Shown here piece after piece: positions 8,686 through 16,981 of a DNA stretch of 64,000 nucleotides (positions are counted from its first letter, which is position 1; each line of letters opens with the position of its first letter). The notes under the pieces were generated by a model, which worked only from the letters and a program-made list of their open reading frames with translations, did not search any database and was not told the origin of the DNA. This DNA is from Minisyncoccota bacterium (GTDB lineage: Bacteria > Patescibacteriota > Minisyncoccia > Phycocordibacterales > SBAW01): assembly GCA_035510635.1 (NCBI GenBank), contig DATKGU010000003.1, positions 662 to 64,661 on the forward strand, read 5' to 3'. The translations under genes and the position numbers were made by a program.

Positions 8686-10437
8686 ATGAAAACAACAGGA
8701 AAATTGAATTACGGAGGATACTCGCGCAAGTCGAGCGAGGCGGAAGATAAGCAAGCGCTCTCGATCGACTCGCAGATTGATGAACTCAAGAAGCTCGCCG
8801 CAAGCAAGAAAATCGTACTACGAGATGAAGACATAATGCAGGAAGCGCATTCAGCAAAAAGTGCCTTCGCCCGCCCCGTATTCGAATTGCTTATCAAGCA
8901 CATCGAGCAACGCAAGGTGCAAGGCTTACTTGTGTGGCATCCAAACCGGCTCTCACGCAACGCCGTCGACGCGGCGCGCCTTATCCAACTGATGGACGAA
9001 GGGAAACTCGTCGAGATAGTTACGCCGAGCCAGACGTTCCATGACACGCCGCAAGACAAGTTCTTCTTCACGCTCATGACCAGCCAAGCAAAAATGGAGA
9101 ACGATGCGAAAGGCATCGATGTAAAGCGCGGACTCCGAAAAAAGAACGAGATGGGGTACCCAGCCGGCGTCGCCAAACTGGGGTACGTCAATGACTACGG
9201 CGAAAAGGGATATCGGAAGCTCGAGGCGGACCCTGAGCGCTTCGAACTCGTAAAACAGCTGCTACTCATGTTTCTTTCGGGAAAGCACTCTGCACGAGCA
9301 CTCCTGAAGCACTCAACCAATGTCATGCGACTGCATACGATCCAGCGCAAAAAAGAAGGCGGCCGACCTATCCAACTCTCTCGTATTTATACGATGCTGC
9401 AAGACCCATTCTATGCAGGCTTCTTCTGGGCCAAAGACGAAAACAGAGAAACCAAGCGATATGAGGTCAACGAGGCTGTGCCGCGAATGATTACGGAAGC
9501 CCAGTACTGGGAGATACAGACCATGCTCGGCCGGAACGGTATCCCGCGCCCGACCCTTAACAAGGATTCGTTTCCGTACGCTGGTAGGACGCGATGCGGA
9601 AACTGTAACGGTACGGTGATTGCGGAACACAAGCACCAATTGATCTGCCCAAACTGCCGGAATAAATTCGCATACAAAAACAAAGAGGTGTGTCCGCGTT
9701 GCGACACCCGAATAGATCGCATGGAAAACGCGACATACCTCCACTACATCTACTACCACTGCAATAAAGGCAAAAACCCGACCTGCGAGGAGCCGAGCAT
9801 CCAGCAGTCGGGTATAGACGAATCCATGGCGAAGCGCATCGAACAGGAGCTCGAAACGTCGAGGGCCCTTAGTGAATGGTGCATCCAGCACCTTGAGATT
9901 ATCGCGGGCGAAGAGCGCAAAAATGAGTACGAGCGCAAAGAAGGCCTAAAGCGCGAGCTGGCGCAAAAAGAAAAAGAGAGCGAAGAACTCATTCGCATGC
10001 GCATGAAAGGCCTTATCGAGGACGATGACGAGTTCCTGCGATACAAGGAAGGGCTGGAGAGCGACAAGCGCCGAATAAAGCAAGTTCTAGACGACATGGG
10101 CGGAACGGACACCGCGAGTCTCGAGGAGGCAAAGAAAGCCTTCGCCGTGATCGTCGGATTGAGCGCAGTGTTCAAAAGCGGCACATTCGAGGAAAAACAG
10201 GAGGCTTTATCGGTGCTCGGTTCGAACCTAACTTTAAAGGAGAAAAACCTCAACGTTATCAACAAGAAAGTGTTCTTATTGATTTCAAAAGGCCTACTTG
10301 AGGCGAGAGCCAAAAACCCTACGTTCGAACCTAGAAATTATGAGGCAGATAAAGACGAAACGGAGGCATTCGCCTCCGTTCGTCCAACCTTGCTCCGCGA
10401 CCAGGACTCGAACCTGGAACCAACTCCTTACACGTAA
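8686..10437 (+). CDS. Large serine recombinase (resolvase, recombinase, Zn-ribbon and coiled-coil domains)
   Basis: YSRKSS catalytic Ser, RPVFELLI, WHPNRLSRN, DPFYAG, multiple CxxC motifs, coiled coil. Confidence 0.95.
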   Translation: MKTTGKLNYGGYSRKSSEAEDKQALSIDSQIDELKKLAASKKIVLRDEDIMQEAHSAKSAFARPVFELLIKHIEQRKVQGLLVWHPNRLSRNAVDAARLIQLMDEGKLVEIVTPSQTFHDTPQDKFFFTLMTSQAKMENDAKGIDVKRGLRKKNEMGYPAGVAKLGYVNDYGEKGYRKLEADPERFELVKQLLLMFLSGKHSARALLKHSTNVMRLHTIQRKKEGGRPIQLSRIYTMLQDPFYAGFFWAKDENRETKRYEVNEAVPRMITEAQYWEIQTMLGRNGIPRPTLNKDSFPYAGRTRCGNCNGTVIAEHKHQLICPNCRNKFAYKNKEVCPRCDTRIDRMENATYLHYIYYHCNKGKNPTCEEPSIQQSGIDESMAKRIEQELETSRALSEWCIQHLEIIAGEERKNEYERKEGLKRELAQKEKESEELIRMRMKGLIEDDDEFLRYKEGLESDKRRIKQVLDDMGGTDTASLEEAKKAFAVIVGLSAVFKSGTFEEKQEALSVLGSNLTLKEKNLNVINKKVFLLISKGLLEARAKNPTFEPRNYEADKDETEAFASVRPTLLRDQDSNLEPTPYT

Positions 10438-10699
10438 TCCCACATTGCTGGGGGCGTGGACTATATCATCATCCCAGTTACTAAACTGTCGGATGCGAGG
10501 CGCTTCGTGCCGCAAAACAACTTTGCGGAACTACTCCCTTGCGGGATAGTCTCTACACCTTTTCCAAAACTTTTGGAACTTGGCTCGGGATTGCCCTTAT
10601 TGCTAAGGGTTTCCCCGAATTCACCTCGTTTTGCAATCCAGATTACGCTGGAAAGCTGCCTTTTGACAGGGAGCTGCTCTACCATTGAGCTATCGCGGA
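10393..10699 (-). tRNA. tRNA-Asn(GUU), intron-split: exon 1 10699-10666, exon 2 10430-10393
   Basis: Joined exons give a full cloverleaf TCCGCGA TA GCTC AATGGTA GAGC A GCTCC CTGT|TAA GGAGT TGGTT CCAGG TTCGAGT CCTGG TCGCGGA G. Confidence 0.93.
10431..10665 (-). ncRNA. Group I intron, 235 nt, IC3-like, no ORF
   Basis: Exon ends in U with P1 CUGU|C...GGCAG U-G pair; P GAAUUCGGGGAA, Q AAUCCCGAGC, R GUAGAGACUA, S AUGAUAUAGUCC; P3 CGAGGUG/CGCCUCG; P7 GACUA/UAGUC; terminal G. Confidence 0.93.
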
Positions 10700-10835
10700 A
10701 TGTCTATCCCCAGTGCGGGAATACTCATGGATAATAGCTCAAAAGGAATCGTTTGGAAAGTTCACCTTATCTTTATAGGGTATACTTACTATTGATTTAA
10801 GAGATGAGTTTTTATCAACTAAAACGGATATTTTT

Positions 10836-11207
10836 ATGATAGCGCACACCTCGATACCGGTCGGCAATTACAAAAAGGCCAAGGAATTTTATCAAAAGGT
10901 GCTCGCGCCTTTGGGCTATACACAAAATATGGAGTATGGCGAAGCGGCCGGCTTTAACGACGGCACAAACACCGACTTTTGGGTTGGCACTAACGAAAAG
11001 GGCATTGTGCCAACACATGTTGCCTTTATGGCCAAGAACAAAGAGGAAGTTGAAGCCTTTTATAAGGCAGCTCTTGATGCCGGCGCCACGGACAACGGCG
11101 CCCCCGGATATCGCAAAGAGTATTGGCCCGGATACTATGCCGCATTTGTGCATGATGCCGACGGCCACAATATAGAGGCGGTGTGGTTTGATTATGATGC
11201 TAAATAG
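10836..11207 (+). CDS. VOC/glyoxalase family protein
   Basis: HVAF, GATDNGAPG, YYAAFVHDADGHNIEAV. Confidence 0.92.
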   Translation: MIAHTSIPVGNYKKAKEFYQKVLAPLGYTQNMEYGEAAGFNDGTNTDFWVGTNEKGIVPTHVAFMAKNKEEVEAFYKAALDAGATDNGAPGYRKEYWPGYYAAFVHDADGHNIEAVWFDYDAK

Positions 11208-11215
11208 AGAATGTA

Positions 11216-11581
11216 ATGAATTACAACATTAAGGGCACGGATATTACGGTGACTCCCGAGATACGCGACTATCTCTCAAAAAAGCTAGAGCGCTTCGACA
11301 AGTTTATGCAGGCAAAAGATGCGGCGCGCGCCGATGTTGAGCTTAGCTACCTCGTTGGCGAGGCAAAAATGTATCGCGCCGAAATTATGTTGTTTGAGCA
11401 AAGCTTGCCGTCGCCCTTGCGTGCGGTGGCGGAGGGCGGTGTGTTGTATGAGGCGATAGACAAAGCGGCGGGCGACATTTTTACCGAGCTTACGCGCGGC
11501 AAAAAAAAGCAGCAGCACGTTTTTCGCCGCGGAGCGGCGAGGATTAAAGACTACCTCCGCGGATTTCGCAGCAGGCCATAG
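11216..11581 (+). CDS. hpf: Ribosome hibernation factor HPF/RaiA
   Basis: YNIKGTDITVTPEIRDYLSKKL, LYEAIDKA. Confidence 0.85.
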   Translation: MNYNIKGTDITVTPEIRDYLSKKLERFDKFMQAKDAARADVELSYLVGEAKMYRAEIMLFEQSLPSPLRAVAEGGVLYEAIDKAAGDIFTELTRGKKKQQHVFRRGAARIKDYLRGFRSRP

Positions 11582-12411
11582 GGCATTTCCTTTTTACCCT
11601 CGGGGATTACTTTAAGTATGGTGAGTGCGCCATCTTTGAACTCAGCATCAGTGATGATGACTCGCTTTCCTCCTGTATCAATAAAATGCGCGCGCGGATT
11701 TTTGTCGAACGCGCGGATTTTTAAATAATTTTGCCGAGCATCGCCAGAGAGGTCGATGAGGGAGTCGTCATCGGTAAACTTGCGCGTAAATGTTACTTTG
11801 CTCTCATCTTGCGGCTCGGGTGTTATTTTGCCAGCTAGCCACAATGGTAGTGTCTCGGCGAGCACGTTGCCTCCCTCGGTCGCGAGCAGCTCCTCAAACT
11901 GCGAGCCCGGCATCGGCCATGCATCCTCCTCAAGCTCCACGCGTGCTTGTGCAACAATCGGCCCCGCGTCCATAGCCTCGCTCATCTGCATGATTGATAC
12001 GCCGGTAACTCGCTCGTCGGCCAATATTGCCGAGAGGGCAGGCGAGGGGCCGCGGAACTTTGGCAAAAGCGAGGGGTGCACGTTTAGTGCGCCGCGCCGC
12101 GGCATGTCAAGAAACTTTTTTGGTATAAGTTTGGCATAGGCCGCCACCACAAACACGTCCCACTCGGTGTTTTGCAACTCGGCAAAGAGCTCTTCGTTTT
12201 TGAGCGTCGTCGGCGTAAGCACGTCGATGCCGCGCTCCTTGGCCCACGCTTTGGCAGGGGCCTCTTTGAGCTCCATCCCGCGGCCTGCCGGTTTGTCGGG
12301 CGCGGTTATAACTAAAGCTGGCAAGATTCCGTGGCTCTCGAGTGCATTGAGTACTGTGACCGCAAAGTGCGGCGTGCCAAAAAAAGCAAAAAGCGGTTTT
12401 TTAGTACTCAT
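11551..12411 (-). CDS. fmt: Methionyl-tRNA formyltransferase
   Basis: FFGTPHFA, LNVHPSLLPKFRGPSP, MDAGPI. Confidence 0.96.
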   Translation of the reverse strand: MSTKKPLFAFFGTPHFAVTVLNALESHGILPALVITAPDKPAGRGMELKEAPAKAWAKERGIDVLTPTTLKNEELFAELQNTEWDVFVVAAYAKLIPKKFLDMPRRGALNVHPSLLPKFRGPSPALSAILADERVTGVSIMQMSEAMDAGPIVAQARVELEEDAWPMPGSQFEELLATEGGNVLAETLPLWLAGKITPEPQDESKVTFTRKFTDDDSLIDLSGDARQNYLKIRAFDKNPRAHFIDTGGKRVIITDAEFKDGALTILKVIPEGKKEMPYGLLRNPRR

Positions 12412-12414
12412 ATA

Positions 12415-12990
12415 TTAGATGTTATGTTTTTGTTTGAGTTTTTCGCGGGCGCTTTTTAAATCTTGGTCCTCTTCAAGTTTGACTGCTTTGTCGGTATACA
12501 AAATGCCGTCGAGATGGTCATACTCGTGTTGAAATATGTGTCCGATGAGTCCCGAACCATGATAGATAAACGCTTTGCCGGTTTCGTCGAACGCTTTAAT
12601 AGTGGCTTTTTCGTGGCGCATCACGGTGCCATATTTGCCGCGCACCGAGAGACAGCCCTCCGACATCTCTTTTTGTTTGCGGGAGAGGCGGGTGAGCTCG
12701 GGGTTGATAAACACCAAGTCGGGCGGCACGTCGCGGTCGGCATGCTCATCTTCCTCAAAAGCTTTTTTATCTTCGTCAGTTAAAAATGCTTTGCCAGCAA
12801 TCACAAATATGCGTAAGGCCTCGCCGATTTGAGGGGCGGCGATAGCCACGCCAAAATCCTCTTTAGATAAGGCCTTTTTCATATGGGCGATAATTTTTTT
12901 GATAGCCGGCGACGTGATGTCTTTTTTGGCGACTGGCTTTGCCTTTTGTCGAAGCACCAAGGCTCCCGCCTGCACGATAGGGTCTTTCAT
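12415..12990 (-). CDS. def: Peptide deformylase
   Basis: GVAIAAPQIG, EGCLS, QHEYDHLDG. Confidence 0.97.
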   Translation of the reverse strand: MKDPIVQAGALVLRQKAKPVAKKDITSPAIKKIIAHMKKALSKEDFGVAIAAPQIGEALRIFVIAGKAFLTDEDKKAFEEDEHADRDVPPDLVFINPELTRLSRKQKEMSEGCLSVRGKYGTVMRHEKATIKAFDETGKAFIYHGSGLIGHIFQHEYDHLDGILYTDKAVKLEEDQDLKSAREKLKQKHNI

Positions 12991-13033
12991 ACGAGAATTT
13001 TATTATGCCATGTTTAGAAAAAAAAGAAAGGGG

Positions 13034-13109
13034 AACCTAAAACAGAAATGAGATTTTGCTCCCCTTGGCAGCTCGCAGCGCTCCCAAAATCTCATTTCTG
13101 TTTTAGGTT
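13034..13109. repeat. 25-bp perfect inverted repeat with 26-nt spacer
   Basis: AACCTAAAACAGAAATGAGATTTTG / CAAAATCTCATTTCTGTTTTAGGTT. Confidence 0.9.
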
Positions 13110-13132
13110 TAGATTTGGTATACAATAGACAC

Positions 13133-14314
13133 ATGTCACTATTTAAGGGCAAAGAGCATGATGCGCGAGAGGATTTTAAGTATCTCGCACCCAATTCATA
13201 CTATTTTGACTCGGCATGCCAGACTTTGCGGCCCTCGCAAGTGATAGAGGCGCAGCGCGCCTATTTTGAAACATTTAACGCCTGCGGCGGCCGAGTTTCG
13301 TATCCGTGGGGCGAGAAGGTAGACGAAATTACCGAGCATGCGCGCGCCGGCGTGCTCAACCACTTTGGACTCTCTGCCAAAGAGTACGCGGTTTCTTTTA
13401 CACAAAACACGACCTACGGGATCAATCTTTTACTTTCACAATTGCCAGCGGGGAAGTATGCGCGCGTGGTTACGTCAGAAATTGAGCACAACTCGGTTTT
13501 TTTGCCGACCATGACACTGGCCAAGCGTCTCGGCATCCCGCGCGTGGTGCTTTCGCGCGCCGATGACGGCGCGCTCAGCTACGAGCCCGCCGACCTCGAC
13601 CGCGCGGTGGTGGTTGTTAACGCACGCTCCAACTTTGGTGGGCAGGCGCTCACCAATGTGCAGCAATTGGTAAAAGACACGCATGCCAAAGGCGGTATTG
13701 TAATAATTGACGCAGCACAAGCCGCCGCGCATGAGCCGGCGCTCCTGCGAGGATGCGGCGCCGACGCGATTGTTGCTTCGGCGCACAAAATGTACGGCCC
13801 GAGTCTTGGCGTGGTGGCCGCACGCATTGCGCTCCTCAACGAACTGGAGTTGTCGTTTGTGGGCGGCGGGATGGTGCGCGATGTCGAGAAAAATTCTTTT
13901 TTGGCGAGCATCGAGCCGCACGACAAGCTTGAGCCCGGGCTCCAAAACTACAGCGGCATTGTGGGGTTCGACGCAGCCATGCCGCGCCTTGCGGCGTATG
14001 AGAAAAGCGGCAAAGAAAAAGAGCTTTCAGTACAGCTTTCGAAATCGCTTGCTGAGTTGCCGCTCACCTTTGTTACCAAAGAGCAGAGTTCGATTGTAAG
14101 TTTTTATAGCGAAAAGGTAGACTCGCATCGCCTCGCTCTTTTGTTGGCAGGGCAGGGCATCATGGTGCGCAGCGGATATTTTTGCTGTCACTATTATCTC
14201 CAAAAGGTAAAACAGTATCCGACGCTCGTGCGATTTTCGCTCGGGGCGCACAATACCGAGGAGGACATTGTGCACACGGTCTCAACATTAAAAACAATTC
14301 TTAACAATATATAA
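13133..14314 (+). CDS. Class V PLP aminotransferase, SufS-like cysteine desulfurase
   Basis: YFDSACQT, EHNS, DAAQ, SAHKMYGP, RSGYFCC. Confidence 0.88.
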   Translation: MSLFKGKEHDAREDFKYLAPNSYYFDSACQTLRPSQVIEAQRAYFETFNACGGRVSYPWGEKVDEITEHARAGVLNHFGLSAKEYAVSFTQNTTYGINLLLSQLPAGKYARVVTSEIEHNSVFLPTMTLAKRLGIPRVVLSRADDGALSYEPADLDRAVVVVNARSNFGGQALTNVQQLVKDTHAKGGIVIIDAAQAAAHEPALLRGCGADAIVASAHKMYGPSLGVVAARIALLNELELSFVGGGMVRDVEKNSFLASIEPHDKLEPGLQNYSGIVGFDAAMPRLAAYEKSGKEKELSVQLSKSLAELPLTFVTKEQSSIVSFYSEKVDSHRLALLLAGQGIMVRSGYFCCHYYLQKVKQYPTLVRFSLGAHNTEEDIVHTVSTLKTILNNI

Positions 14315-14317
14315 CCC

Positions 14318-15394
14318 ATGTTTTGTATCGCCGCTTTCATCATTTTGTGCTTTCTCGGCATCTTTTCGGCACGATATCGCCGGTTGGCGGGCAAGGCGTG
14401 GTATTGCGTCTCGCGCAAACTAACCCTCCGCACCTGCGAGATACGTTTTGATGAGGAGCTCAAGGGCAAGCTCTTAGGCAAGCTCATTATCACGCATCCG
14501 CACGTCGCGCGCTGGCTCAGCCGCTGGTTTGATGTGCTCGCGTTTATTTTTGTCGTGCTCAGCATTTGGAGCTTAGTCGTGGTGCTTATCGCAGGGCTCA
14601 ATCTCTTTGTATACGGCACATGCGACCCGCAAAACGCCGAGGCGTGCTCTTTGAGCTCCGAGACATGCTCGATTGCGAGTGCACAGGAAACATTTGTGCA
14701 ATCGGTACTCGACAATCACGAGCTTACCTGGGCGGCTAATCAAGTTACCGACCTGGGCGAAGCTATACAGCGCATACCGGATAGGCTTAAAAACTGGAAC
14801 GTCGCTGATTACATCACCACCGACAACACCTACTACGCGCCGTACGATGCCGCAAAGCAAACCGCACTCGAGATCATCGACCCGGGTTGTATTTATTGCG
14901 CAAAATTATTTGCCAACATCGAGACGGCCGATTTTGAACATACCCACAATCTCACCTACATTGCGTATCCAATCCCTAACCCTGACAAACCGGGAGTATA
15001 TAAGTTTAAAAACTCGTATTTAATCGCCGAGTATCTTGAGGCGGCCAAGCGCATTGCACCGGCAACAGCGAGCACGACACCTCCCGACTGGCAGGTGCTC
15101 AAAGCAGTGTTTACGGGGAAGGATGCAAACGGTGCGCAGTTGCAAGACCTCTTTGACGGCTACTACACAACCGAGCAAGCCACGGCAGAGCTCCACGCGC
15201 TCCTCATTGCGGCGGGGTACTCGCAAAGCCAATTGCCGGCGCTCGATAAAGAGGCCGCCTCGGCCGAGGTTGCGAGCGCACTCGCGGCACAAAAGGCGGT
15301 AGTTGAGCAACAAATCCACACGGTTAAAATCCCCACCATAATCTTTGGCGGACAGCGTTATAGCCAAGTACTCTCGCCAGCGCAACTCAAGTAA
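14318..15394 (+). CDS. Membrane protein with C-terminal thioredoxin/DsbA-like domain
   Basis: TM segments, DPGCIYC (CxxC), cis-Pro-like KIPTIIF. Confidence 0.7.
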   Translation: MFCIAAFIILCFLGIFSARYRRLAGKAWYCVSRKLTLRTCEIRFDEELKGKLLGKLIITHPHVARWLSRWFDVLAFIFVVLSIWSLVVVLIAGLNLFVYGTCDPQNAEACSLSSETCSIASAQETFVQSVLDNHELTWAANQVTDLGEAIQRIPDRLKNWNVADYITTDNTYYAPYDAAKQTALEIIDPGCIYCAKLFANIETADFEHTHNLTYIAYPIPNPDKPGVYKFKNSYLIAEYLEAAKRIAPATASTTPPDWQVLKAVFTGKDANGAQLQDLFDGYYTTEQATAELHALLIAAGYSQSQLPALDKEAASAEVASALAAQKAVVEQQIHTVKIPTIIFGGQRYSQVLSPAQLK

Positions 15395-15396
15395 CC

Positions 15397-15678
15397 ATGG
15401 ACCACATCAGCGCGCACATACAAAAAGCCGCGTACAAAAAAGACAGGGTCACCGAGCGCGGCGAGCTGATGCAATATTTTATGGAGCGGCTCAATACCGC
15501 GCGTGTGCGCGACGGGTTAGGCAAGCTCACCATGCCGCGCATGGGGCGCTTGCTCCTCGCCATACCCACTAAAGATTTGTACTACCTCAAGAGTGTGTGC
15601 GACAATGCAAAGGACTTTTCCAAAAAGTTTTGGTGGGAAATCAATCCTAAAAATCATCCTGAAAAAAATGCAAAGTAA
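15397..15678 (+). CDS. Hypothetical protein
   Basis: 93-aa ORF packed between neighbours in the same orientation. Confidence 0.75.
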   Translation: MDHISAHIQKAAYKKDRVTERGELMQYFMERLNTARVRDGLGKLTMPRMGRLLLAIPTKDLYYLKSVCDNAKDFSKKFWWEINPKNHPEKNAK

Positions 15679-16942
15679 ATTTATTGTCGAAGGGCTCGCG
15701 GGCAAAAAAACCTTAGAGGGGGAGATTGTCGTGGGCGGCGCCAAAAACGCGGCCACCAAAGCGCTTGCCGCATCTATTTTGTTTGAAGATGAGCTCACGT
15801 ACGAAAATATGCCCGAGATAGAAGACGTTGCGCGCATGCGCGAGCTCCTCGCTATTGCCAAGCAGGGCAATGTACTCAACCCAGTGATGGATAAAACAAT
15901 ATCCGAGCGCATGCGCTCCTCTATTGTGATGACGGGTCCTTTGCTTGCGCGAGCGGGCACCGTGACCTTCCCGTTCCCCGGCGGATGTGTGCTTGGCGAG
16001 CGGCCGATTGATTTGTTTTTGGAAGGATTTAAAGCGATGGGTGCCTCGGTGGAGGAGCGCGATGATTTATTTATTGTCACGGCGGGCCCCTCGACAGAGC
16101 TCGGGGTAAACAAACTTAAAGGCACGCACATTACATTCCCATTTGTGTCGGTCACAGCCACCGAGACACTCATGCTCGCGGCTGTGCTCGCCGAGGGCAC
16201 CACGATTTTGGAAAATGCTGCGATGGAGCCCGAGATCCCGCACTTGGCCGAGTTTTTAAACTCGTGCGGCGCACACATCGAAGGTGTAGGCTCGAGCCTT
16301 ATAAAAATTATCGGCGGCGGTTTGCTCAAGGCCGAGGGAAGGGTGTTTGTAACACCTCCCGATAGGATTGAGGCAGGAAGTTTTGTCATACTCGCCGCAC
16401 TTGCAGGCAAAGAGGTAACGATACAAAAATGCGAGCCAAAACACATGGGTGCACTCATCACGTTGCTCAAGCGTGCGGGCGTGCCGCTTGAGGTTGGCAG
16501 CGACTATATAAAGGTATCGGCAGGCGAGGTGCCAAACAGCGCGTTTAAGTTGGTCTCCGTGCGCACACACGAGTATCCGGGATTCCCCACTGACCTCCAA
16601 GCGCCGATGGCGGTATTGCTCTCGCAAGCAACCGGCGAGGGTACGATACTCGAAACAATTTTTGACGGGCGTTTTAGATACGCCGACGACCTCGTGCGCA
16701 TGGGCGCCGACATCACGGTAATGAATCCGCACAAAATTTTAATTAAAGGGCCGCGAAGCCTCAGCCGCAAAGAGCTCGAGAGCCCCGACCTGCGCGGCGG
16801 CCTCGCATACATAATTGCCGCCAGCGTAGCAGCAGGCACCTCAACCATAAGCAACGCCTACGTGATAGACCGCGGCTATGAGCATATAGAGGAGCGTCTC
16901 CAAAAACTCGGCCTCAATATAAAGAGGGAAACAGCCTCATAA
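15668..16942 (+). CDS. murA: UDP-N-acetylglucosamine 1-carboxyvinyltransferase
   Basis: GAKNA, PGGCVLGERPID, PGFPTDLQ. Confidence 0.97.
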   Translation: MQSKFIVEGLAGKKTLEGEIVVGGAKNAATKALAASILFEDELTYENMPEIEDVARMRELLAIAKQGNVLNPVMDKTISERMRSSIVMTGPLLARAGTVTFPFPGGCVLGERPIDLFLEGFKAMGASVEERDDLFIVTAGPSTELGVNKLKGTHITFPFVSVTATETLMLAAVLAEGTTILENAAMEPEIPHLAEFLNSCGAHIEGVGSSLIKIIGGGLLKAEGRVFVTPPDRIEAGSFVILAALAGKEVTIQKCEPKHMGALITLLKRAGVPLEVGSDYIKVSAGEVPNSAFKLVSVRTHEYPGFPTDLQAPMAVLLSQATGEGTILETIFDGRFRYADDLVRMGADITVMNPHKILIKGPRSLSRKELESPDLRGGLAYIIAASVAAGTSTISNAYVIDRGYEHIEERLQKLGLNIKRETAS

Positions 16943-16981
16943 TTTGTTTAAGTAGGCTGGCTCTTGTATCATGGGCTGGCA

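Larger units (their letters stand above)
1..10437. mobile_element. Integrative element / genomic island at the 3' end of tRNA-Asn; left boundary not seen, probably outside the window
   Basis: Large serine recombinase abutting and overlapping the tRNA 3' end; RM, HEPN and hypothetical cargo; housekeeping genes begin only after the tRNA. Confidence 0.85.

Noticed and set aside
10660-10699. tRNA-Asp(GUC) fragment or pseudogene
   Set aside because: The C after CUGU is the first intron base; splicing restores an intact Asn tRNA
10456-10734. ORFs overlapping the intron as a possible homing endonuclease
   Set aside because: Short, no LAGLIDADG/GIY-YIG/HNH motif, and they span the ribozyme core
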